A stretch of DNA of 64,000 bases. Origin: an uncultured candidate division Zixibacteria bacterium (GTDB lineage: Bacteria; Zixibacteria; MSB-5A5; GN15; FEB-12). This document shows, in pieces, positions 42,408 to 51,652 of this stretch. The position numbers and the translations under genes are program-made. The notes under the pieces were generated by a model, which was not told the origin of the DNA, did no database searches, and saw nothing but the letters and a program-made list of their open reading frames with translations. Each line of letters starts with the position of its first letter. Positions within the stretch are counted from its first letter, which is position 1. The stretch lies in contig OY760907.1 of assembly GCA_963664195.1 (NCBI GenBank), positions 3,488,001 to 3,552,000 on the forward strand. Direction: 5' to 3'.

Positions 42408-43502
42408 TCATTGTCCCTCCGCATCGGCGTTTCGCCAGCCCCGTTTGCGTCCAAACCGCCGCCAACAGGCTAGTCCGCCAAGAATGGCCGCCAATCCTGC
42501 AGCCGGCCCGGCCATGACAACGCGTCGTTCCGTGTACAGGGTTTCAGAAGTGGTGATCGTCTTACCGGGGGCAATTGCCAGACCATAGCGAGAGGCAATA
42601 TCTTTTATATTCAAAAGGTGAATGAACGGTATCCCCTGCTCGGTCATCCGTGCCACCACTCCGCGCTCTTCGTGGTCGCACGATTCATACTCGGTACGAT
42701 AGCCATTGGGGACGGTGGAGCCGTGAGCACAACCGCCGAGGTTGGCTTGATTGCCTCCGATATTCACCAACAAGTCAACTCCAGCGTGAGTCAGAATGTT
42801 GGTACGAGCCGAAATCGATTCCGTCAGTGTGGCGAAATGGTACAACTCGATGCCGTTTCGCTCAGCAGCTTCGCGCATCATCAGCAGACCTTCTTCTGCC
42901 AGCCCTTCGCCGTTGTCATTCTCGGCCCCGGGCGTAACCAGCCGCGAAGTGAACTGCAGATCGGAATGCTCACGCAGCCAGTGTTCCATGTCAACCCAGG
43001 TCGCTCCGGGTTGATTCGCTCCGTAGGTAGAAGAACCGAGCGAACTGAGCATAACCGCATCCGCCCCAAGCGTCTGTACTGCCGCCAGCGTGGCCATCGC
43101 CAGCGACGGGAAGGATCCCGACAGCGTCACGCCGATCGTCGAGGTTGAATCCAGTCCGGCCTCGACGAACAGGCGATACACCAGGGCTGCAAACTCCGGA
43201 TTGGCAGCAGTTTCTTTCGCTTCCAATGAACCCAGCGTGGTAGTCATCGGCGTGAAATCATCGCCGATCATCCAGTGGAAGCACGTATGCGAATGACTAT
43301 CTGACACTATGTCGCGGGACGACTTCATCTCGCCGACTGACTCAAACCAGCGCGTGGCACGCTCTGCGGCCTGCTCCATCTCCGCAGAGTAGGGCCGTGG
43401 TGTCTGTTTGAACGCCCAGGCTCTCACGCCCCAGACCGCACCAATAGCGAGAACGAGGATTATCAGAAGTCCGTAGCTCTCTCTGGTGGATATTTTCGAC
43501 AT
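42408..43502 (-). CDS. pgsW: Poly-gamma-glutamate system protein (PgsW-like)
   Basis: TTLGSLEAK, SGSFP, SSTYGAN, VNIGG; N- and C-terminal TM; directly after pgsC. Confidence 0.85.
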   Translation of the reverse strand: MSKISTRESYGLLIILVLAIGAVWGVRAWAFKQTPRPYSAEMEQAAERATRWFESVGEMKSSRDIVSDSHSHTCFHWMIGDDFTPMTTTLGSLEAKETAANPEFAALVYRLFVEAGLDSTSTIGVTLSGSFPSLAMATLAAVQTLGADAVMLSSLGSSTYGANQPGATWVDMEHWLREHSDLQFTSRLVTPGAENDNGEGLAEEGLLMMREAAERNGIELYHFATLTESISARTNILTHAGVDLLVNIGGNQANLGGCAHGSTVPNGYRTEYESCDHEERGVVARMTEQGIPFIHLLNIKDIASRYGLAIAPGKTITTSETLYTERRVVMAGPAAGLAAILGGLACWRRFGRKRGWRNADAEGQ

Positions 43503-43503
43503 C

Positions 43504-43932
43504 TCATCTCACCATCAGAATAACGAGGTATATCATTGCCGTCACGATTCCAAGACTGGCGATTGTAGGAACGACACGCTGACGTAGCATTTCATTAGCA
43601 ATCAGACCGGGAATGATATAACCGATTGACTGTAAGTCGAATTGAAACGCCGGCAGCGCCTGCACCTGTGTTTCGATAACGACCTTGATGCAGAAGCCCA
43701 GCAGCAGGCAGACCAGCAGACGACGACGGCCGTATAGTATCAGATGTCTCGACAGCAGTTGGACGATTCCGAAGACGGCCAGAGCGATGATTACGGTCAT
43801 GACGATTCGATTAGGCTCATGAATGAACAGCGCACAATAGGCCGGTGCGATAACACCGCCGGGCGACACACTGGTCATCTCGTAGTAGATGAAACCGATG
43901 ACCAAACCAACGAAGAAATACTCAAACAGCAT
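43504..43932 (-). CDS. pgsC: Poly-gamma-glutamate biosynthesis protein PgsC/CapC
   Basis: PGGVIAPAY, YGRRR, IGYIIPGLIAN. Confidence 0.93.
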   Translation of the reverse strand: MLFEYFFVGLVIGFIYYEMTSVSPGGVIAPAYCALFIHEPNRIVMTVIIALAVFGIVQLLSRHLILYGRRRLLVCLLLGFCIKVVIETQVQALPAFQFDLQSIGYIIPGLIANEMLRQRVVPTIASLGIVTAMIYLVILMVR

Positions 43933-45079
43933 GTTCGGTTCCTCCTCGCAGGGTCTCAGCAATCTCAAACCCGTCACCACCTATATTCCCGAGACCAACC
44001 ACGAGCGTATCGGTTGAACAGTTTCCGGCGATTATGTTCTTCACGTCCTTGATCTCACTATGAGAAAGCGTCACCACCGGGGCATTGTCCAGGCCGTGTC
44101 GTTTGAGCGCTCGACGCATATATGAAGCGTGATGCCCGACAAGAAACACTGCCGTCAGATCCGACAGTCCGGGAAGCCACTCGGAAAATACCGAGGAGCG
44201 CAGGGGGCGATCCGGGCGAGAATTGAAGACCACAGCCAATCGATTGACTTCAGGCAACTCTCCGCACCAGTACTCGATGAAATCCGTCGCCGAGGGTACG
44301 TCATTGACCGCGAAACCGTCGACAAAATACAAGTGTCGTTCCTCGTCAATGGTCACAAGAGCACGCACCTGTCGCAATTCCTCGGCAATGATCGCGGGAA
44401 AGGCGATATCCGGGGCAACACCACACTCAGCGCAAACCGACAACGCCAACACAACATTCTCGTGAAATACACCCGAAGGCACCCGGGCAGCCTGTTCCGC
44501 GCTAAGCGGCTTCACAATGTCAATTGGATTACCGCTTCCGGCTGAATGCTTCCGTACAAATGGAACGTGGTATCCATCGGTCGTGAGAATCTTCGACCCC
44601 GCCACGATCGGTGAGCACAGCGCATCGGCCTGATCGGCAGGATCGCTGCCGAACACTTCCCGATGATCGTCCTTCACATTGGTCAAGACATAGATGTGTG
44701 GTCGGAGTGTACGCCCCTCCAGTTCCTGCAGCTCTGGCTGCAGGGACATGCATTCCAGAACGAGGGCATCCGCGTTGTGTCGTGCCGCCCTGAACGCAAT
44801 CTGAAACTGTTCCTGGACCCTGGCCCCCCCGCGTCGTTTTATAAGAGAACTGCCGCCGTCGGCATGTATGAGCGTTGGCTTTGTCCCCGTAGTCTTGGCC
44901 CATACTCGCTTCCCTGCCGCACGAAGGCCAGCCGCAACGTAACGCGTCACGCTCGATTTACCGCGCGTGCCGTTTACGTGAATGCGGAGGCCGATGCTGT
45001 CGATGTGCCGTCGGGTAACGACAGCCTCCACAATCAGCACCGCGACAACCAGTAGCAGCAGTACAAAAGGAACCAGCAT
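43922..45079 (-). CDS. pgsB: Poly-gamma-glutamate synthase PgsB/CapB
   Basis: RIHVNGTRGKSSVTR, AKTTGT, ECMSLQP, TNVKDDH, FAVND, NSRPDR. Confidence 0.94.
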   Translation of the reverse strand: MLVPFVLLLLVVAVLIVEAVVTRRHIDSIGLRIHVNGTRGKSSVTRYVAAGLRAAGKRVWAKTTGTKPTLIHADGGSSLIKRRGGARVQEQFQIAFRAARHNADALVLECMSLQPELQELEGRTLRPHIYVLTNVKDDHREVFGSDPADQADALCSPIVAGSKILTTDGYHVPFVRKHSAGSGNPIDIVKPLSAEQAARVPSGVFHENVVLALSVCAECGVAPDIAFPAIIAEELRQVRALVTIDEERHLYFVDGFAVNDVPSATDFIEYWCGELPEVNRLAVVFNSRPDRPLRSSVFSEWLPGLSDLTAVFLVGHHASYMRRALKRHGLDNAPVVTLSHSEIKDVKNIIAGNCSTDTLVVGLGNIGGDGFEIAETLRGGTEHAV

Positions 45080-45116
45080 TCGGACAGTCCCTCAAAGGTG
45101 CAAGTATCGGTTCGAG

Positions 45117-47045
45117 CTAGTACCCGATCGCCACTCCCCCGCGACGCGGATCGGCTGAACCCTGGTATTCTCCGGAAACCGGATCGACGAGTATTAGCTG
45201 TGCACCGCCGAAAAACAGATCCCTGTTTTCGTAAACACGCACAGTGTGTCCCATTCGCTCCAGTTTCTGGCGCACTTCATCGGAAATTCCATATTCCAGA
45301 TGCAGGTAATCCTCAAACTTCTGACAATAGAAGCGAGGTGCCCAATTGGCCTCCGTGGCACTCATATCGAAGTCAACAACATTGACAATCAATTCGACAA
45401 CGGTTGCAATAATCCGTCCGGCACCCGGCGATCCGATGACCATTGAGGGCTTCCCGTCTCTCAGGACTATGGTGGGCGAGATCGAGCTTCGCGGCCGCTT
45501 GCCAGGCTGAAGCAAATTCGGCGCTGCTGAAAGCGAGAAATTGGACATGCCGCAGTTGAGCAGCACGCCCGCCGAGGTGATGCCGGACCCGAAAAACGTC
45601 CCGAGCGTCTGTGTGAGCGACACCATGTTGCCGTCCTTGTCGATCACTGACAGGTGCGTGGTGTGGCCGCCGTACTCCTCTTCCCAACTGGGGTCGTCGT
45701 CGACAATAACACTGTCTTCTTCGGACTTTTTGCCGCCGCTGTCTTTGGGGGGACGATCTTCCTTCTTCGCCTTTTTCCCGCCCCAGGTGTCAAACAGGTT
45801 TTCTCCCCAGGTGTCGTAGCTGGACTTGTTGTCGTCTTCCTCGTCACTCCAATGGAACTCTTTGCTCTGCTTCCCGGGATCAAGGGCCTCGATAGCAGAC
45901 ATCTCCCCGCGATCATACTTGGCAGGATTGCCCGCCTGAGTCTGGCGATATTCGGGAGGGTCGGCCTGGAAACGGTTGATATCGGCAAAACGCTCACGAG
46001 CAAATGCTTTGGAAATCAAACCACCGGCCGGAACATAATTGAAATCGGGATCGCCCATGAACGCCCAGCGGTCAGCATAGACTCTTCGGAATGTCTCCGC
46101 CATGAGGTGCAGAGTCAGGGGCGATTCACTGAAATGTCCCATTGCGGCCAAATCTTCGTTTTCAAGCATGTTCAGAGCCTGAAGAATGGCCTCCCCGGAT
46201 TGCGGTACGCCGGCGGCCAGAATCTCGTACCCGCGATAGCTGCCTCTCAACGGCACACCCAGTTCGGCCTCGTAACCGGAAAGATCGTCAGCCGTCATAA
46301 CGCCGCCGCGGGATGTCATTTCGGCAATCATCGCCTCGGCCACCGGCCCCTTGTAGAAACCGTCGCGACCGTTAGCAGCAATAGTCCTCAAGGTCGTGGC
46401 CAGTTCAGGCTGATAGAGCATGTCCCCTTCCATGCGCGGGAAATCATCTTCAAGGAAAATCGCTGCGGTACTGGAATCGCCAAGCAGCATTTCAACGTTG
46501 TCCAGCAGGATCTGCCCGAGGGTGGCATCAATGGCGAAGCCCTCCTCGGCATATCGAATCGCAGGCTCCAGAACCTGCTCCAGAGAAAGCGTACCGAACT
46601 CATCGAGCGCCAGCGTCAGACCGGCTACTGTCCCCGGAATCAACACGGCCTTGGCGGTATGCCGATCTGTCTCCGGATCAAAGCTAATCTTATCGACATC
46701 CTCGGAAGTGCGCTGATAGTAATCAATGTAATGCGCTTCCTGCTTGCCGTTGAGATAGACAACCATACTTCCCCCCCCGCCAATCCCGGAGCCGTCCGGT
46801 TCGACAACGCCGATAGCGAAAGCCGCTGCAACCGCCGCGTCAACCGCGTTTCCACCCGCCTTCAACATGCTGAGGGCCGCCTCGGAGGCCAGAGGGTGAG
46901 CCGTGGCAACCATACCGTTGGTACCGGTTACGGCTTCGGCTACTTCAGCTTCCTGAGCAAATCCTGCTGTCCAAAGACACAGGAGGGACAACAGCATACA
47001 GATCACACCGGCTGTCCTGCGTAGGGTGCTGGGGGTATCGCTCAT
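45117..47045 (-). CDS. ggt: Secreted gamma-glutamyltransferase, CapD-like
   Basis: GGNAVDAAVA, SGIGGGG, HTTHLSVIDKDGN, PGKRPRSSISP, GSPG, ADPRRGG. Confidence 0.92.
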   Translation of the reverse strand: MSDTPSTLRRTAGVICMLLSLLCLWTAGFAQEAEVAEAVTGTNGMVATAHPLASEAALSMLKAGGNAVDAAVAAAFAIGVVEPDGSGIGGGGSMVVYLNGKQEAHYIDYYQRTSEDVDKISFDPETDRHTAKAVLIPGTVAGLTLALDEFGTLSLEQVLEPAIRYAEEGFAIDATLGQILLDNVEMLLGDSSTAAIFLEDDFPRMEGDMLYQPELATTLRTIAANGRDGFYKGPVAEAMIAEMTSRGGVMTADDLSGYEAELGVPLRGSYRGYEILAAGVPQSGEAILQALNMLENEDLAAMGHFSESPLTLHLMAETFRRVYADRWAFMGDPDFNYVPAGGLISKAFARERFADINRFQADPPEYRQTQAGNPAKYDRGEMSAIEALDPGKQSKEFHWSDEEDDNKSSYDTWGENLFDTWGGKKAKKEDRPPKDSGGKKSEEDSVIVDDDPSWEEEYGGHTTHLSVIDKDGNMVSLTQTLGTFFGSGITSAGVLLNCGMSNFSLSAAPNLLQPGKRPRSSISPTIVLRDGKPSMVIGSPGAGRIIATVVELIVNVVDFDMSATEANWAPRFYCQKFEDYLHLEYGISDEVRQKLERMGHTVRVYENRDLFFGGAQLILVDPVSGEYQGSADPRRGGVAIGY

Positions 47046-47120
47046 TACTACTCCATCATTCTAAGTTGCTGTTTCGCCGAAGGCTCTTAACTGACTTCAG
47101 CATCCGAACGTGTTCGGTGA

Positions 47121-47681
47121 CTACTGGAATAGCTCGCCGAGGGGCTTGCCCGCCATTGCGATTTTCTCAACGATGGTTATCGGTATCTTCTTCTCTGTGG
47201 CCAGTGTCGAGAAGAACTTGTCCTCGTCGCCCTGTTGCACCACGATCATTGACTTGCAGGACTCCGCCGCAAGCTGGTTGAACCCATCGGACTGTCCACC
47301 TCGTCGGGCCTTGCCGCCTACGTGAACAGTCACAATTGGAATGCCCTGCTCATTGGCTGCGTTCACCAGCAGCGTCACCCGATCCATTTCCTCCTTCTGG
47401 CTGACCCCTGCAGCGCCGAGGCCCTTGGAGCTGAAGCCCGGTACGATCACGAGGGTCTTGACGCCTTCAAGGTCCGAGGCCGTGGCCATGGTCACTACCT
47501 TAGTCTCCAGCTTCTGACGTTTGGCGAGCATTCCCACCAGTTTGACGTCGGCGCTCTGTCCGGCTGAAGAGATCAGAATTGGCTGCTCAAATGCTGCCTT
47601 GACTGTTTCCTGCGCACTCACGGATGCGGACAGGCAGAGGGCCAGAATCAGGATACCGAGTATTGTTGCTGTAGTTTTCAT
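47121..47681 (-). CDS. DUF6305-like secreted protein
   Basis: Signal peptide; SAGQSAD, SSKGLGAAG, HVGGKARRG. Confidence 0.7.
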   Translation of the reverse strand: MKTTATILGILILALCLSASVSAQETVKAAFEQPILISSAGQSADVKLVGMLAKRQKLETKVVTMATASDLEGVKTLVIVPGFSSKGLGAAGVSQKEEMDRVTLLVNAANEQGIPIVTVHVGGKARRGGQSDGFNQLAAESCKSMIVVQQGDEDKFFSTLATEKKIPITIVEKIAMAGKPLGELFQ

Positions 47682-47703
47682 GAGTATCACCTTCATTTCG
47701 CTG

Positions 47704-48822
47704 TCAGTGCAAATAGTGCCCAACGCCGTTTTCCATTAGATCGGCATAAGAGGGCAGATTGTCTATCTCAATCGGATTGTCTTCATTATACATGGAATAC
47801 ACACTAAGAATAGTCGTAAAACCCTGCACATGCCGTCCAACGCGACGCTCAAGCGGCTCGCCCTCAGGACGATACTCGATCCGCAGGGCACCAGATTCCA
47901 ACGCCTTGAGATACTCCGGGCTGTTCCCCTTGAGAATCAACTCAGCATTGGTTTTTCCACGGAGACGTCCCTGGATCGGGTTGCTGGTCTCCATGAGAAA
48001 CGGCATAACATTGGTCCTGTCTCCCCACTCGCGATGACTCAGCCCCCTGAAATTCTCAGGTGAAAGCTCAGGCGAGTAACGCATATCCACCATCTCAAGT
48101 TCGAGAACCGCACCTATGGCAATATCCTCACACTTCTCGTGGTAAACAATAGCGTTGATTATAGGAATCTCCGGCGCGGCTTCATGGAGATCGAAAGCAA
48201 CGTCAACATCTTCCTTCTCAATCAACTGCATGATCGAGTAAGCCACCTTTTCCGTAAACGTACCGTCAGGCCGTCCGGGATACGAACGGTTGAGATTCCG
48301 TGTTTCAAAACCGGAGAGCTGTTGGCCCGAAGGATATTGCGAATATACGAGCGGATCCGGCCATTGGTCAAGCGGACTGGACACTCGCGAACCAAAGCGG
48401 AAATCCCGGGGACCGGACTTGCTCTCGATCGTGAAGAACTGCGGGCATCCTTCAAAAGGATCGGTGCACGTAAATCCGCTGGCACAGGCGTGCCGGACAA
48501 CAAGAACACGTCCTCGCTCAACTCTGATGTTTTCGAGAATCAATGTTGCGGCTACTGTCGACGCCGGTTCATTCGGATGCGTTCCCCCCAGTAACAAAAC
48601 GGTCGCTCCAGGTTTACCGCTATCAAACTCATACACTTCAGTATCTCCCGCGGTCCCCTTGATACCCGCAAAGTAGTCGCTGAGCATCTTCGTTGCCGTG
48701 AGCGCGTCGCTCGGGTACGCGGCTTCCGGAATTCGCATTTGTATGAACTCACGGGCGGCTAAGCTCGCAACAGCGGCGGTGACAAGCAGGATGACAATAG
48801 CTGTTATATGATGTGTGCGCAT
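47704..48822 (-). CDS. Secreted succinylglutamate desuccinylase/aspartoacylase-family (M14-like) Zn hydrolase
   Basis: GGTHPNE, RNLNRSYPG, DLHEA; signal peptide. Confidence 0.85.
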   Translation of the reverse strand: MRTHHITAIVILLVTAAVASLAAREFIQMRIPEAAYPSDALTATKMLSDYFAGIKGTAGDTEVYEFDSGKPGATVLLLGGTHPNEPASTVAATLILENIRVERGRVLVVRHACASGFTCTDPFEGCPQFFTIESKSGPRDFRFGSRVSSPLDQWPDPLVYSQYPSGQQLSGFETRNLNRSYPGRPDGTFTEKVAYSIMQLIEKEDVDVAFDLHEAAPEIPIINAIVYHEKCEDIAIGAVLELEMVDMRYSPELSPENFRGLSHREWGDRTNVMPFLMETSNPIQGRLRGKTNAELILKGNSPEYLKALESGALRIEYRPEGEPLERRVGRHVQGFTTILSVYSMYNEDNPIEIDNLPSYADLMENGVGHYLH

Positions 48823-48832
48823 CGATTGCTCC

Positions 48833-48979
48833 TCACTTGATCAGAAATATCCGCAGGACGAACGGCATTAGCAGCATCGCGTACGCTATTTGTTTCCGCC
48901 AGTCCTTTTCGTTGAAATGCTCGATCAGGACAACGACGGTCAGGTACACGGCAATCAATATGTATATCCAGAAAAGCAT
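48833..48979 (-). CDS. 48-aa two-helix membrane protein
   Basis: AGGAGGA RBS, fills the gap between permease and deacylase, hydrophobic. Confidence 0.75.
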   Translation of the reverse strand: MLFWIYILIAVYLTVVVLIEHFNEKDWRKQIAYAMLLMPFVLRIFLIK

Positions 48980-48998
48980 ATCTTCCTCCTGGCGTTGT

Positions 48999-50264
48999 CT
49001 AAAAGACAACCGACGCAATCTCCTCGGCAAAAACCACTATCAACACGCCAACTGCCATCGCAGCGACGATCGGAATCACGCTGGCCCTGAGTATCTTGAA
49101 ATGGTTGCTCTCCTTGACCATCTGGCCGGCGTAGGCACACAGGAGGGACGGCGGCGGCATAAGATCCCCCATTGCCGCCATAAGCGCAAGGGCAGCCGTG
49201 ACGACGATTTCGTTTTTACCGATGAACACAAACACCAGCGGCACGCCGATTACCGACGCCGACGCATAGGCCGAGCCGAAGAACGGCATCAGCAGCAATG
49301 CGAGATACTTCAACTGCTCCGGAAGGAACAGGGCGCTCACAGCCAGGTATCCACGAACGCCAGTGAGTGTCAGGATTTGCAGGAACATTCCCACACCCAC
49401 CAGGATCGCCATCACCGGCATCGCATCTCTCAGGGCGCTTCGTGACACGGTCAGAAAGTTGAACTTCTCGCCGGTTCCGAAACCGAGCAGAGCACCGATC
49501 ATGAAGATCAGCGGCACGCCAAGGTGCGGCACATACTCCGGGATCACCTGTTCAACCACCAGATACCCGACCACGAAGACAAGCGGCAGATACAGCTTGA
49601 GGCCGTGCTTGTGATAGACCGGCTTCTTCAGCCGAGACAAAACGTCGTCGATATCGAAGGTTCCAAGGTATCGATACCGGTAGAAAACCGCCGTCGCGAC
49701 AGCCACCGGAAACGACGCCAGAAACAGCGGCTTGGCGAAGCCGATATACGGCATGTCCACCCCGCCGCCAATGATCATCACCGGAATACAGATCGGCGGA
49801 GCGATCTCTCCAAATACAGCCGCCATGGCGATCAACGAGCCAACCGCCTTCTTCGGCATACCCATCGCAAGCAAACCGGGAACAACCAACGCCCCTGTAG
49901 TCAGGATACAGGCCGATGACAGCCCGGTCAGCATGCCCGGGAACATGACAAAAACAGTAATCACAATCAGGAGCAGCGTAGGCCAGCGATGAAGCGTGCT
50001 TATCAGCGTGTAGTTAATAGTGCCAAGTGCCCCGGTAGCATCCACTACCTTCATGAAGATCATGGCGGTCGCGATAATGAGGATGGCCTCCATAAAACCG
50101 AAACCACCTTCTACCAGATGCCTGACCGGAAACCCTTCGCCGGCGACCAGCGCCCCCACTACGGCAGCCGCCATAAGTGACACGCCAGCCGGAACTTTCA
50201 GCACAAACACGCCTATCGCAAACGTGGCAAGCATCGCCACAAGAATAATCAGTTCAAAACTCAC
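48999..50264 (-). CDS. TRAP large-permease (DctM)/IT-superfamily transporter
   Basis: Many TM segments; GEIAPPICIP, MGDLMPP helical-hairpin motifs. Confidence 0.8.
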   Translation of the reverse strand: MSFELIILVAMLATFAIGVFVLKVPAGVSLMAAAVVGALVAGEGFPVRHLVEGGFGFMEAILIIATAMIFMKVVDATGALGTINYTLISTLHRWPTLLLIVITVFVMFPGMLTGLSSACILTTGALVVPGLLAMGMPKKAVGSLIAMAAVFGEIAPPICIPVMIIGGGVDMPYIGFAKPLFLASFPVAVATAVFYRYRYLGTFDIDDVLSRLKKPVYHKHGLKLYLPLVFVVGYLVVEQVIPEYVPHLGVPLIFMIGALLGFGTGEKFNFLTVSRSALRDAMPVMAILVGVGMFLQILTLTGVRGYLAVSALFLPEQLKYLALLLMPFFGSAYASASVIGVPLVFVFIGKNEIVVTAALALMAAMGDLMPPPSLLCAYAGQMVKESNHFKILRASVIPIVAAMAVGVLIVVFAEEIASVVF

Positions 50265-50349
50265 TTGGAATCAGTCTCCGTTTCCAGTTGCTCGTCCGCG
50301 CAAAAATGTGTGTTGACTGACGTCCATGTTGCCCTTCGATTCCGCACTT

Positions 50350-51642
50350 CTAGAACTTCACCTGAAGCTCTGCCATGAAACGCGTCTGTTTGACACGATC
50401 TTCCGACCACGTAATGGCGCCGCTGTCATTCAGGTCGCGATCATCGCCGTTCGGATAATTGCGGGCGAATCGTAACTGCAACTGAGTCTGAACCGACAGC
50501 CGGTAGTACAACTTGGCCGAGAACTCGTCGTCCATCGTGTTGTAATCATCGTTATTTACATACTCATTGATCTTGACATATTGCAGTTGGAGTCTCAACC
50601 GGGGCATCTTGCTCGGAATGACATAGATACGTGAGTACCAGATCCGGCTTCCTTCGGGATTCCTCCCGTTGTACGGGTAGTCTCCCCCGATCCCTCCGTC
50701 CACATACCCCCTTCGACTGCCCCAATAAAAGCTCGGATACAGAGGGCTGAAGATTTCCACCTTATCGGTAGAGGCATCGTCGCCCTGGTATGCGGCGTAC
50801 TTGGTCTCAACTTTGACCGAGCGAAACGGCCCCATCGACCAACGATAGCTCACACCGCCCATGCATCCGCGACCGCCCTTTTCAGGAAGCCCGTCAAGGG
50901 TGTTGAAATCCTGCCAGGCAGCCTCGGCGAAGTAGGTCAGGCGGTCGTCCATAAACGCACCACTGACACCACCGCCGACCACATAGCTGTCGTTGAACTG
51001 CCCGCGCAGTTTGTTGTAGATGTAGTACCCCATCACCTGCTGATTAAGGACCGGTCGGGTAAGCCGGGCCACGTACAACTGATCGCTGCCGGGGTCCGGA
51101 TACAGACCGCTCTCACTTACGTTCTGCTCGGTGACAGAACCAAAGAGAGACAACACCCAGTCGCTTCGTGACATATCAAACCGAATACCGTCGAACTTGT
51201 CGTAGAAGTTGTTGGATTCGCCCTGCGACAGCCCCTCACCCACGGGGAACTGCTGCCTGCCGACTCGTGCCCGAAAGAGATCAAACACCAGAAAGTCCGG
51301 CTCCACGATCTCGGCAAATATCTGGCTGATGCCATATTCCATCTTGCCGGTGCCTGCAATGTTCCTGGCCGGTGACACCGGATTGTTCTGAGTCCAGGTG
51401 ATCAACTCAGTATAGAAATGCACCTTCGGGTTCACCTGCGCCTTGGCTCTGAGCCTCCCGAGATACCGGGCATAGTTTTCAGTACCACGGTTATCGAGAG
51501 ACTCATCGAATGCGTCGCTGTACACGCGCATCCTGAAATCGCCATCCAATTGTATCTGCGCCGGGTGCGCTACGTCGGCCGCCATCGGAAGCAACAAGCA
51601 CGCGAGGCAGAGCGCACCAATCAATCTGTATATGCTATTCAT
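50350..51642 (-). CDS. Outer-membrane beta-barrel, alginate export (AlgE)-like
   Basis: Signal peptide; GDFRMR, RVGRQ...G, FDGIR, YQGDD, F-x-PLYP; C-terminal ELQVKF. Confidence 0.7.
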   Translation of the reverse strand: MNSIYRLIGALCLACLLLPMAADVAHPAQIQLDGDFRMRVYSDAFDESLDNRGTENYARYLGRLRAKAQVNPKVHFYTELITWTQNNPVSPARNIAGTGKMEYGISQIFAEIVEPDFLVFDLFRARVGRQQFPVGEGLSQGESNNFYDKFDGIRFDMSRSDWVLSLFGSVTEQNVSESGLYPDPGSDQLYVARLTRPVLNQQVMGYYIYNKLRGQFNDSYVVGGGVSGAFMDDRLTYFAEAAWQDFNTLDGLPEKGGRGCMGGVSYRWSMGPFRSVKVETKYAAYQGDDASTDKVEIFSPLYPSFYWGSRRGYVDGGIGGDYPYNGRNPEGSRIWYSRIYVIPSKMPRLRLQLQYVKINEYVNNDDYNTMDDEFSAKLYYRLSVQTQLQLRFARNYPNGDDRDLNDSGAITWSEDRVKQTRFMAELQVKF

Positions 51643-51652
51643 GATCTTCACC

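Noticed and set aside
45654..47024. 456-aa plus-strand ORF
   Set aside because: Antisense shadow of ggt
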